Source of the DNA: Alistipes shahii
GTDB taxonomy: Bacteria; Bacillota_I; Bacilli_A; RFN20; CAG-826
Direction of reading: 5' to 3'
Length of the DNA: 64,000 nucleotides
Assembly (NCBI GenBank): GCA_963598795.1
Contig: CAVBUY010000002.1
Coordinates: 78,216-142,215 of the forward strand
How positions within the stretch are numbered: the first letter of the stretch is position 1; each line of letters opens with the position of its first letter. A program made the translations under genes and the position numbers. This document shows positions 27,156 through 35,327 of this stretch, piece after piece. A model generated the notes under the pieces. It saw only the letters and a program-made list of their open reading frames with translations. It was not told the DNA's origin and made no database searches.

Positions 27156-28568
27156 TTATTTATTGATAGTCTTATCCAATTCTTTCTGAAGGGTTTGAGA
27201 CGCGGTTTGCAACAAAGCTTTGCAATTGGCATTCTCTAGGTTGGCAAAGACGCTTTGGAGGGCGGTATCCAAGGCTTCATACATCTCCTGAGCCGCGTAT
27301 GGCTCTTCGCTTTTTTTGTTGCTTTGTATAGAAGAAAAGAACGGAGAATAGTCAGTCATGTCGACCGTAATATATCGTTGTTCTAATTCATTGGCTTTTG
27401 CCAAATAATCGGCGTCCTTCCAAGGCATGATGGTTGGTAATACTGGCTGATTCTTGTTCTTAGCCACTTCATAACCTTCTTCCTTGGCTTTCATGTTGTT
27501 GTCGCTAATGGACGGGGAACGGCCAATATAATCGAAAAACTTAAGGATGCCTTCGACTTTTTCGTCGGAAACGTTCTTGGTGAAAACATATGGAGTTCCG
27601 CCATAAAGGGAATAATGATGGGTCCCATCTCCGGTTGGCATCGGGACAAAGGCCAAGTCGGACATGTCAACGTCCCCTTGAAGTTTGGCTTGCTGGAGGA
27701 CATCGCTTCCAACGACTGCCATAGCGACCTTCTCGCCGATATTGGCATACCAGTCGTTATAAACGCAGCTTACGGCATCTTGGATGATCCCGTCGACTTT
27801 CATCTTCTTGATCCATTCAAGCGCCGATACGGCTCCCGCGCAATCGAGATTGGCTTTCCATTTGCCACTTTCTTGAACTTCCAATTCGGCCCCAAAATTC
27901 CAAGCGATGTTGGAAAAAACCCAACCGCCGTTCTTGTTGGCGCTATACATCAAAAAGCCTTTGGCGGAGTCTTCATTCTCATTTACGATGGTATTTCCAT
28001 ATTCATAAACCTGCTCCCAAGTAGTCGGATAAGCCGGGGTGCCGTCAGATTTGAAAATGTTATAAGTATGGTCGGCATTTTCCGGCAATAAGCCATTGTC
28101 GCCCAAAATTTTCTTATTTATCAATAATCCCAATCCATAGCCATCGCGTGGAATGCCATAGATTTCATTGTCAAAAGTCAAAGATTCTTTCATCTCGTCA
28201 TCCATCTTTTGATCCCAACCCAAGGCTCTTAGCTGAGTGGTGATTGAACGGATGATTTTCTTATCCATCAATTTCTCTGGCTCGGTAAACCATGTCTGCC
28301 AAACATCCGGAAGGCTGCCGGTACTGGCCTTTTGCCCAACGGTCTCGGTGCTATAGGTATATGGCATGCCTTTGATCTTATATTGAGGGTTTTCGTCTTC
28401 GAAACGCTTGGCCCAGACCTCATACATCGCCACATCTTGCTTAGAGGCGCTTTCCGGCCAAAAACCTATTTTCAAAACAATCTTATCGCCATCGCCTCCG
28501 CCATCACAGGAAGCCAATAAAACGCAGGCTAACGCTGATAAAATTTTTAAACTGTGGTTCTTTTTCAT
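27156..28568 (-). CDS. Sugar ABC transporter substrate-binding lipoprotein (family 1 SBP)
   Basis: The 470-aa ORF has lipobox VLLASC and the size and composition typical of an SBP. It sits immediately upstream of the two permease genes. Confidence 0.8.
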   Translation of the reverse strand: MKKNHSLKILSALACVLLASCDGGGDGDKIVLKIGFWPESASKQDVAMYEVWAKRFEDENPQYKIKGMPYTYSTETVGQKASTGSLPDVWQTWFTEPEKLMDKKIIRSITTQLRALGWDQKMDDEMKESLTFDNEIYGIPRDGYGLGLLINKKILGDNGLLPENADHTYNIFKSDGTPAYPTTWEQVYEYGNTIVNENEDSAKGFLMYSANKNGGWVFSNIAWNFGAELEVQESGKWKANLDCAGAVSALEWIKKMKVDGIIQDAVSCVYNDWYANIGEKVAMAVVGSDVLQQAKLQGDVDMSDLAFVPMPTGDGTHHYSLYGGTPYVFTKNVSDEKVEGILKFFDYIGRSPSISDNNMKAKEEGYEVAKNKNQPVLPTIMPWKDADYLAKANELEQRYITVDMTDYSPFFSSIQSNKKSEEPYAAQEMYEALDTALQSVFANLENANCKALLQTASQTLQKELDKTINK

Positions 28569-28589
28569 AAAACTGCCCCTTATAAATCA

Positions 28590-28617
28590 GGGGGAAGGGT
28601 GTCCTTCCCCCTTTTTT
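28590..28617 (+). terminator. GC-rich hairpin with a T6 run in the plus orientation only, inside the minus-strand operon
   Basis: The sequence is GGGGGAAGG-GTGT-CCTTCCCCC followed by TTTTTT on the plus strand. On the minus strand the same stem is followed by TGATTTAT. Confidence 0.4.
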
Positions 28618-28648
28618 AAGTATAACTTCAATCTTTAAGGCTAAAGAT

Positions 28649-31276
28649 CTATTCGGCTGGAGTAACGGTCTCCCAAGCCTGGTTGTAGTTGGCTACGCCG
28701 TTTTCGTAAGGATATTCTTTGGCAAGAACCTTGGAGGCTCCCAAAGAAAGTTTCCAAGCATGAGTTTGAGAATTATGGAAGTGGAGAACATCACCTTTTA
28801 CGAAGTTAATACCGGCGGCCTTCAAATCAATAACGATCGTTTTGGCTGCGGAAGTAAGCATAGCGGATAGATCAACGGCTGTACCATCAACGTTTTTGAT
28901 AAACCCAGCAACGTCTTTGGCCCAAATAGCTTCCTGTTCGCTATTCTTTGAGATCCTGAATTGATATAAATCGGATGAACCGTCGCTAGAAGAGACATCG
29001 ACATAAATTCTGTCGACGTTGGAAGTTACATCCCATCCACCAACGTAGTTGTATCCAGCGTCGCTTTCAACGTCTTTCGCGCCCATGCCATCATACATAT
29101 AGCCTGAGCTGGCTTTGAAGAATTCGATGAACTTGATGGTGCCACCGCCCAGTTCGGCATCGCCGGAGTGAATATGCATCCAACCATCACCTTCGGTCGG
29201 GAAAACACTCAAATCGGCATAGTAAGTGGTTGCTTCGGCCGGGATAACGGTGTCTGCAGAAACCTTAGATCCATTCTCATCATAGATGGTGATGGCGTTA
29301 TCTTTCGGCCATAAAGTCTTGCCATTCTGCTGGAAGCGGAGAGACTTTAAGGTAGCGTTGGTGCCATCGCCTTGAACGGTGAATCCAAGGTAATCGCCAT
29401 CAAAAGCTGGACCACAGTTGCCGGCATAGAAATAAGCGGTCATATCGTGTTCGGCGGCGGAATCAGCCCAACCGGAGACGACCTTTTCCGCGCTGAAGGA
29501 GTTAGCGTAGAAGATGGAATCAATAGATATGGCCTTAGCGCCTGTGTAATAGATATTGATAAGATCTTTAGCCACCAAGTTGTGCAAGCTTAAATCGACG
29601 ACATACCAGGTATAGCCATTGGCGTCCTTATAAGGGCTTTGGATGTTTTCGTCGCCATAGGTCTTAACGCCTTCCATAGCCAATGCGGAGTTAAACCAAA
29701 CAGCTTGTGCGCCTGAACCAAGTTCGAAACGGAAACTGGACAAGTCATAGCCTTCTTCGCCAGTGATGGCAAAGACCAGATATTGAGCGCCGCTTAGAAC
29801 GTGAGTGGAGCCAATAGTAACCTCGTCATAATTATCGGTAGCAGGCAAATGCAACGCGCCATTGCTGGTCGAGATATTTGCGCCATTGGAATAAGAAATA
29901 AAGCCATTGATGCCAGCCTTGATGTTTCTTTCATCGGCAGCGGAAGCGTCCCAATTGTCATCTAAGGAAGCAAAGTCACGATTGAAGTTATCAAAAGTGA
30001 CGGCATTCGCGGTATTCAAATGAGGGTATTTCTTATCGAGCTGTGGCTCTTCAAAGTCCGTCATGAAGACATTGGCAATATTCAATTCGTTCTTGCCATC
30101 GTTTTTTATGGTGATGGTCTTGATGTTGACATTGTCCGCGGCTTTGAAGATAGAAAGATCGATAGCCAAAGGCGCATAGGCGCCATCAACGGCATTAACG
30201 ACAGCCTTATCGGTTTTGGCTTTAAGATCAGCGAAAGGCAATTCCTTCTTCGTCTCATTGTCATAAGCCACCTCGATAGAAGCGCCGCTCATATCGCCCA
30301 AAACATCGAAAACGACGTGGGAATAGGCTCTTTGCTTTTCGCTTAATGTCGGAGTTGTGTATTTTTTGCCATCCGAGATTTCGATACCTTTGCGGACCAA
30401 AACGGCGTCAGCGCAATCAGTCGGACCCCAATAAACGTTGGGATTTCCACCGATCTTATCGCGGGCAAAATCATCTATGACGACTGTGGAATCGCCTTTG
30501 CTATAAGAAACCTCAGCGATTTCGATAACGGCTGAGACATCAGCGTCGGCCTTTACATAAAGGTGCATGCCCAAAGCGGATTCGAGAACCTTCAATTGGG
30601 TATCCGGGAATAATGTGTTTTCATCGCCGATTGATTCGGAAATGGAAATTGACAAAGTCTGGAATTCGTCAGTGAGTTCCGGAAGGGCTTCTTGATCTCC
30701 ATCGACGGCCTTATCCAAAGCGATTGGATAAACGTGAGCGCTGTTATCGTCGCTTGGACGAATAGCGAAAATCAAATCCTTGAGGGCTAATTTTCCTTCG
30801 ATCACGCGCATTTTGAAATTGACGACGGATTGTCCTAAGAGGGTCTTATCGCCATCGAAGGCGCTGCTGGCCATCTTATAAATGGCGGCGTCCGGGCTAT
30901 TTTGGAAGCTCGTCAATTTGCTATCGACAACTTCCCTCAATATGCCTTTATGCAAAACGCCATCGGAAACGCCATTGATGGATTCGCCGGAGAAATCCTC
31001 GACGATTGCGTCAAAACGCTCATCATATTCGCGAGTGATGGCGCCATCCCCCAACGTCTTAGTCAGTCCGTCTCTATGTTGGACTGGGTCTGTTGGGGTC
31101 GGAGTCGGGATACTCGAAGACGAGCTGCCCGGATCGGATGAGGATGAAGATGGGGCTATAGAAGAAGTGTCGTCCCCACCTTTGCTGGATGTGGAGGAAT
31201 CATCGTCGTTGCAACCAGCCATAATCAAGCTGGCAGCAAGCGGCAACATGACCCACAAGATTTTTTTACCTTTCAT
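28649..31276 (-). CDS. Large multi-module surface lipoprotein of unknown function (candidate glycan-binding protein)
   Basis: The 875-aa ORF has lipobox LIMAGC and a Ser-rich linker. It then has about five beta-sandwich-sized modules. Several open with a CBM-like 'hydrophobic-[DE]-[DN]-F' motif (IVEDFSGE, VIDDFARD, TFDNFNRD). Confidence 0.6.
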   Translation of the reverse strand: MKGKKILWVMLPLAASLIMAGCNDDDSSTSSKGGDDTSSIAPSSSSSDPGSSSSSIPTPTPTDPVQHRDGLTKTLGDGAITREYDERFDAIVEDFSGESINGVSDGVLHKGILREVVDSKLTSFQNSPDAAIYKMASSAFDGDKTLLGQSVVNFKMRVIEGKLALKDLIFAIRPSDDNSAHVYPIALDKAVDGDQEALPELTDEFQTLSISISESIGDENTLFPDTQLKVLESALGMHLYVKADADVSAVIEIAEVSYSKGDSTVVIDDFARDKIGGNPNVYWGPTDCADAVLVRKGIEISDGKKYTTPTLSEKQRAYSHVVFDVLGDMSGASIEVAYDNETKKELPFADLKAKTDKAVVNAVDGAYAPLAIDLSIFKAADNVNIKTITIKNDGKNELNIANVFMTDFEEPQLDKKYPHLNTANAVTFDNFNRDFASLDDNWDASAADERNIKAGINGFISYSNGANISTSNGALHLPATDNYDEVTIGSTHVLSGAQYLVFAITGEEGYDLSSFRFELGSGAQAVWFNSALAMEGVKTYGDENIQSPYKDANGYTWYVVDLSLHNLVAKDLINIYYTGAKAISIDSIFYANSFSAEKVVSGWADSAAEHDMTAYFYAGNCGPAFDGDYLGFTVQGDGTNATLKSLRFQQNGKTLWPKDNAITIYDENGSKVSADTVIPAEATTYYADLSVFPTEGDGWMHIHSGDAELGGGTIKFIEFFKASSGYMYDGMGAKDVESDAGYNYVGGWDVTSNVDRIYVDVSSSDGSSDLYQFRISKNSEQEAIWAKDVAGFIKNVDGTAVDLSAMLTSAAKTIVIDLKAAGINFVKGDVLHFHNSQTHAWKLSLGASKVLAKEYPYENGVANYNQAWETVTPAE

Positions 31277-31309
31277 AATGTTTTCCTTTCTGAAAGTTTT
31301 TAATCATTT

Positions 31310-33967
31310 TTATTTCACTCCATAAGCGCTGATTTCGGATATCTGCGCGCCATATCCTCCGGCGTTGTCGTTGGAGTAAACGACTATTTTCAGGAATCGG
31401 CAGCTAACGTTGCCCATATCGATGAGAACGCGATTGCCGGTCTGAGGATCGAAGAGATAATCGGCTTTTTCTTTAACGGTCGTGAAAGTCGTGCTTGAGG
31501 CGTTATATTCGAGGTTGCTGTCGCTTACCAAAATCTCGATGTTTTGGGTACGAGCCGTCCAAGTTAGGATCGGAGGCAAGCAAAGAACCACCTTTTCCAA
31601 TTTATAAACGTCTCCCAAATCAATCACGATGTGAGCGGGGAGAGACTTGCTCTCGTAGTAGCTGGTCCCGCTTGGCTCGCCGTCAACAACGTTGCCAACC
31701 GGATAGACGTCGTTATGCTCAGTGGAATCCACGATCGACTTCATGTAAGTCAGAGAAGGCGGGTAAAATTCGACTTCGCTGACAATGTAATGCTTCGGGG
31801 CGCGTAAGCCTTCGGTTCTGACGAAACGGAGTTGAATGCCTCCAAAATCCTGAGTCGGAAGGTTAATATCTACGACATTGCCGTTAGATGGGGACATCGT
31901 ATAACTCTTGGTCGTGACCAAACGAGTGTATTTATCGCTTATTTCAGTCGTACCGGATTTCTTTTTCCTAGCCCAAATCTGGACGCTATATGTAAGGCTA
32001 TATTCGTTGTCTTGGTCACCGAACAAGCGGATGACGCCGACATTGGTCACAGAATCGAAATCCAAAGTCAATGTCGCGAATTCGTTATCCTCGTTTTTCC
32101 ATTCGCCAGAAATATATTTGGTTGTTTTATCGCCATCAAAGGCATAGTTGGCTTGGCTGCCTTCACTAATGAATTCGCCACTTCCATCATCGCCCGGCGT
32201 GGTGGTTTTGGTACCGGCGCCATGGGTGGCGGTAGCCGTTCCTCCAACCGAAGCTTTTACGCCGATGAAGCTAGGCTCACCGGTGTAATAAGCGAATTTT
32301 GGAACGATTAACCCTTCTTGAGATATGGAGTCGATTTCGGTTTTATTAACGTTTTTGTCAGTCAAATTGGATTTATAGGGCAAAGTGACATACGCTCCAT
32401 GCACTTTATCCATTTTTGAGAAAGTCAAACCACTCACGTATTCGTTGCTTGCTAAGCCGATCTGAGAAGCGGAGGTAATCTGATTACCTTCGATTTCCAA
32501 TCCTTTGATTTCGACGTTTTTAAAAGAACTGGTTTCGTCTTCTCCACGGATTCTGGCTGTGACGGTATCGGCCATTTCATAAACCTTAACATTCTCGACA
32601 TGGATGCCGTCGACTGAGCCGCGCTTATCGCCGCTCTTGGTCCATTCGGCATTATAAGCAATGGTGAAATCGAACAAGAAATCGTTTTCGCCATCATTGC
32701 GATCGTCTCCCAAACATTCGGCGTCTTCTACGGTTATGTTCTAATATGTGACGTTGGTGATCTTGGCTTGATCGCAATTATGGAGGGAAATGACGGCTTT
32801 ATGTTTAGCATGAACGACGATGATGTTTTCGAATTTGATATTATCCATCGTCGGACCATATGTCTCATATCCGACTTCCATGGATTGGGCAAGATCCGTC
32901 CAAACCACGACGTCATGGATATTTATGTTGCTGGTAGAGCCCATATCGCTGTTCTTAACGACCAAAGAGTCATCCCAAGTGCGGACATATCCGCCGCTTA
33001 CTTCCACGTCCGAGCAGCTTTGGACAGAGATACCATCGCCATTGCTTCTGGCGGTGATGATCTTGACGTTGTTAACTTTGACCGATTGGCATTTCCAAAG
33101 ATGCAAAGCCCATCCGGCCGGATCGAAGAAAGCTATGTCTTCGATAGTGAGATTGCTTACGCTTCTCATAACGACTGGGATGGTATATTCGTTTGAACTG
33201 TTTCTGCTATAGATGCTGCCGGAAACGATGCCTCTCCCGCGGATGGTGACGTTCTTGACCGCTTCGGCGGAGAATTGGCCATAAACATAAGCTCCACCGG
33301 CCAAATAGATGGTCGTGTTGTCCTTTATCGGGAAAACGCCGGCGTCATAAATGCCAGGACCGACATAGATGATATTGTCGTCTTTATCGGCTTCTTCTTT
33401 AGTAATTGGGTCTTTCTCGATTGGATTTGCGAAGATTTGGATAGCCGAATCGCTGTTATCGTTATATTCGAGGACGTAGTTTCCGCTATGAGTCAAATCG
33501 AAGGAAATGGTATGTTCCGTAAAACTTGGGGCAATGCCATAAACGCTTGGACGGAGAATGGCGCTGCTAATAGTCGTTTCTAAGATGGTAACGTCCAAAT
33601 GAACAGTGCCTTCAAAATCGAAGATGACGGCTTGGGTCATGGTCGTTGGGGCAGCCCAAGAAAAGACACGGCCATGATTGACGCGTGTCTCATAAACGAA
33701 TAAATCAACGTCGTTGACCTTGACGCTTACTGTTTTGGAGCTTTCTAAGAGAGCAGGTCCATCGTAAGTCACCAGTTTGGTGGTGTTTACTTCATTAGTC
33801 GGGGTGATAAAGGCTTCGGCATCGTAATGATCGTTGGTAGTGGACGAACTAGAATCGTCAGACGAAGACACATCGTCATTGCAGCCGCAAGCCAAAGAAG
33901 CGATGAGACCGAAAAGGACGAAAGCAGAAGCTTTCTTCATGGTCGTCAAAAGATTTTTTTCTTTCAT
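31310..33967 (-). pseudogene. Beta-helix glycoside hydrolase lipoprotein with two F5/8-type-C (discoidin) modules, interrupted by one in-frame TAG at 32741..32743
   Basis: The ORF-track pieces 32741..33967 (408 aa, lipoprotein signal plus beta-helix) and 31310..32713 (467 aa) are in the same frame. The minus strand reads ...ITNVTY-TAG-NITVEDAECLGDDRNDGENDFLFDF. The intact paralogue (17466..19187) reads ...IRNVRYENITVEDASMGKGDGNPYLFDF, so the TAG sits where it has Glu. The C-terminal part contains discoidin-like NYAFDGDKTTKY and VVDGEPSGTSYYES. Confidence 0.7.
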
Positions 33968-33999
33968 GGCTTTTCTCTTTTGTATGTCTGGTTGTCTAA

Positions 34000-34028
34000 A
34001 TTATTTCACCGCCACACATCTTTGTAAA
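34000..34028 (-). promoter_or_regulatory. Candidate promoter of the glycan-utilisation operon, TTTACA-N17-AATAAT
   Basis: On the minus strand the -35 TTTACA is at 34028..34023, the spacer is 17 nt, and the -10 AATAAT is at 34005..34000. The -10 element lies about 30 nt upstream of the ATG at 33967. Confidence 0.4.
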
Positions 34029-34035
34029 GAAGAAA

Positions 34036-34049
34036 GTTAACCGCTTAAC
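34036..34049. promoter_or_regulatory. Candidate LacI-family operator, GTTAA-N4-TTAAC
   Basis: The 14-bp dyad GTTAACCGCTTAAC abuts the -35 element of the operon promoter. The same dyad type occurs twice upstream of the LacI gene. Confidence 0.45.
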
Positions 34050-34115
34050 CCATCGATAAAATGTATCAAAAAATCATTGAATCAAAAAATGTCCAAGGAA
34101 GATGAGATATTATTC

Positions 34116-35135
34116 TTACTTAAGTTTCGAGGTGCTTTGTCTTACCAAAATACTCGACTCGATAACATATGTTTTCTTGCTGCTGGATTTATTTTCGATC
34201 TCGTCAAGGATCGTCTTGGCGCTCAAAATGCCTTTCTCACGAATGTCTTGATGGACGGTAGTCAAGGTTGGGTGAATATATTGGGCCGGCTGAATATCGT
34301 CGAAACCGATAACCGACAATTTCTTTGGCAATTCGACTCCCAATTCCAACAAACGTCTGATCAAACCGATGGCGACGATATCGGCATCCACCACAATCGC
34401 GGTCATCTTATCTAATTTTTCTTTGATAGCGTCGCCAACGGAATAACCGCCATCTAAACTGGTCAAGGTGTGAAAGACGATATCTTTATCTATGGGGAGA
34501 TTGGATTCCTTTAAGGCTTTCTCATATCCCAAATAACGTTCGTGGTTAAGGAATGAGGTGCTCAATCCCCCAAGGAAGCCTATCTTTTCATGGCCTAATT
34601 CAATGAGGTGACGAACGGCTAGATATTCCCCTTTTTCATCATCGATGCGGATATTAGGAAGTGGGGCGGAATAGTCTTCGTAAACATCAACCAAAACAGT
34701 CGGAGCATTCATATCGACCAATGCTTTTTCGATATCCTTGGACAATGAGCCCAACACAACGATGCCATCCAATCCACGGGATTTATACCAATGCTCAAAC
34801 CCTGATGCCGTTTGGTTCGAGCACATGATAACGTCATAGCCTTTCTCTTGAAGGACGCTTTCGAAGGCACCCAAGAATTCACCATAGAAAGGGTTGTTGA
34901 AAAAAGCCTCGCTGTTAGCGTTAAGAGGAAGGGCAACGCCAATCAAATAGCTCTTTCCGGTTGATAGAGATACCGCCGCATGATCGCGGGTATATCCCAA
35001 TTCGGCCATTGCCTTATAAATGCGCTTTCTCGTGGCTTCCGAGGCTTTGCCCTCCTTGCCATTCAAAACATAAGAAACCGTCGCGCTGGAGACGTTCACT
35101 CGTTTGGCAATGTCATAAATGCTCGGCTTTCTCAT
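34116..35135 (-). CDS. LacI-family transcriptional regulator
   Basis: The 339-aa ORF has the N-terminal HTH SIYDIAKRVNVSSATVSYVLNGK followed by a periplasmic-binding-protein-like sugar-binding domain. Confidence 0.9.
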   Translation of the reverse strand: MRKPSIYDIAKRVNVSSATVSYVLNGKEGKASEATRKRIYKAMAELGYTRDHAAVSLSTGKSYLIGVALPLNANSEAFFNNPFYGEFLGAFESVLQEKGYDVIMCSNQTASGFEHWYKSRGLDGIVVLGSLSKDIEKALVDMNAPTVLVDVYEDYSAPLPNIRIDDEKGEYLAVRHLIELGHEKIGFLGGLSTSFLNHERYLGYEKALKESNLPIDKDIVFHTLTSLDGGYSVGDAIKEKLDKMTAIVVDADIVAIGLIRRLLELGVELPKKLSVIGFDDIQPAQYIHPTLTTVHQDIREKGILSAKTILDEIENKSSSKKTYVIESSILVRQSTSKLK

Positions 35136-35155
35136 TTCATAAGAATAATCTTTTG

Positions 35156-35169
35156 GTTAATGTTTTAAC
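35156..35169. promoter_or_regulatory. Candidate LacI-family operator, GTTAA-N4-TTAAC
   Basis: GTTAATGTTTTAAC lies about 20 nt upstream of the LacI ATG. Confidence 0.4.
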
Positions 35170-35223
35170 AAGCAAAAAATGAATAACCACCGCATTAAAT
35201 TGGTGCTTATAAATACTATCCTC

Positions 35224-35247
35224 GTTAACCTGTTAACTTTGGTTAAC
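35224..35247. promoter_or_regulatory. Candidate LacI-family operator, GTTAA-N4-TTAAC, plus an extra GTTAAC half-site
   Basis: GTTAACCTGTTAAC is at 35224..35237, followed by GTTAAC at 35242..35247. Confidence 0.4.
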
Positions 35248-35266
35248 TAAATTGTATTCACATAAA

Positions 35267-35306
35267 GAAAAAAAGAGCAGAGGGCCGATGTTGGCCAACT
35301 GCTCTT
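35267..35306 (-). terminator. Intrinsic terminator after the Big_2 lipoprotein gene
   Basis: The minus strand reads AAGAGCAG-(inner GGCC..GGCC stem)-CTGCTCTT followed by TTTTTTT. It lies 22 nt after the stop. Confidence 0.7.
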
Positions 35307-35327
35307 CTAATGCTTATGGATTAGGAA

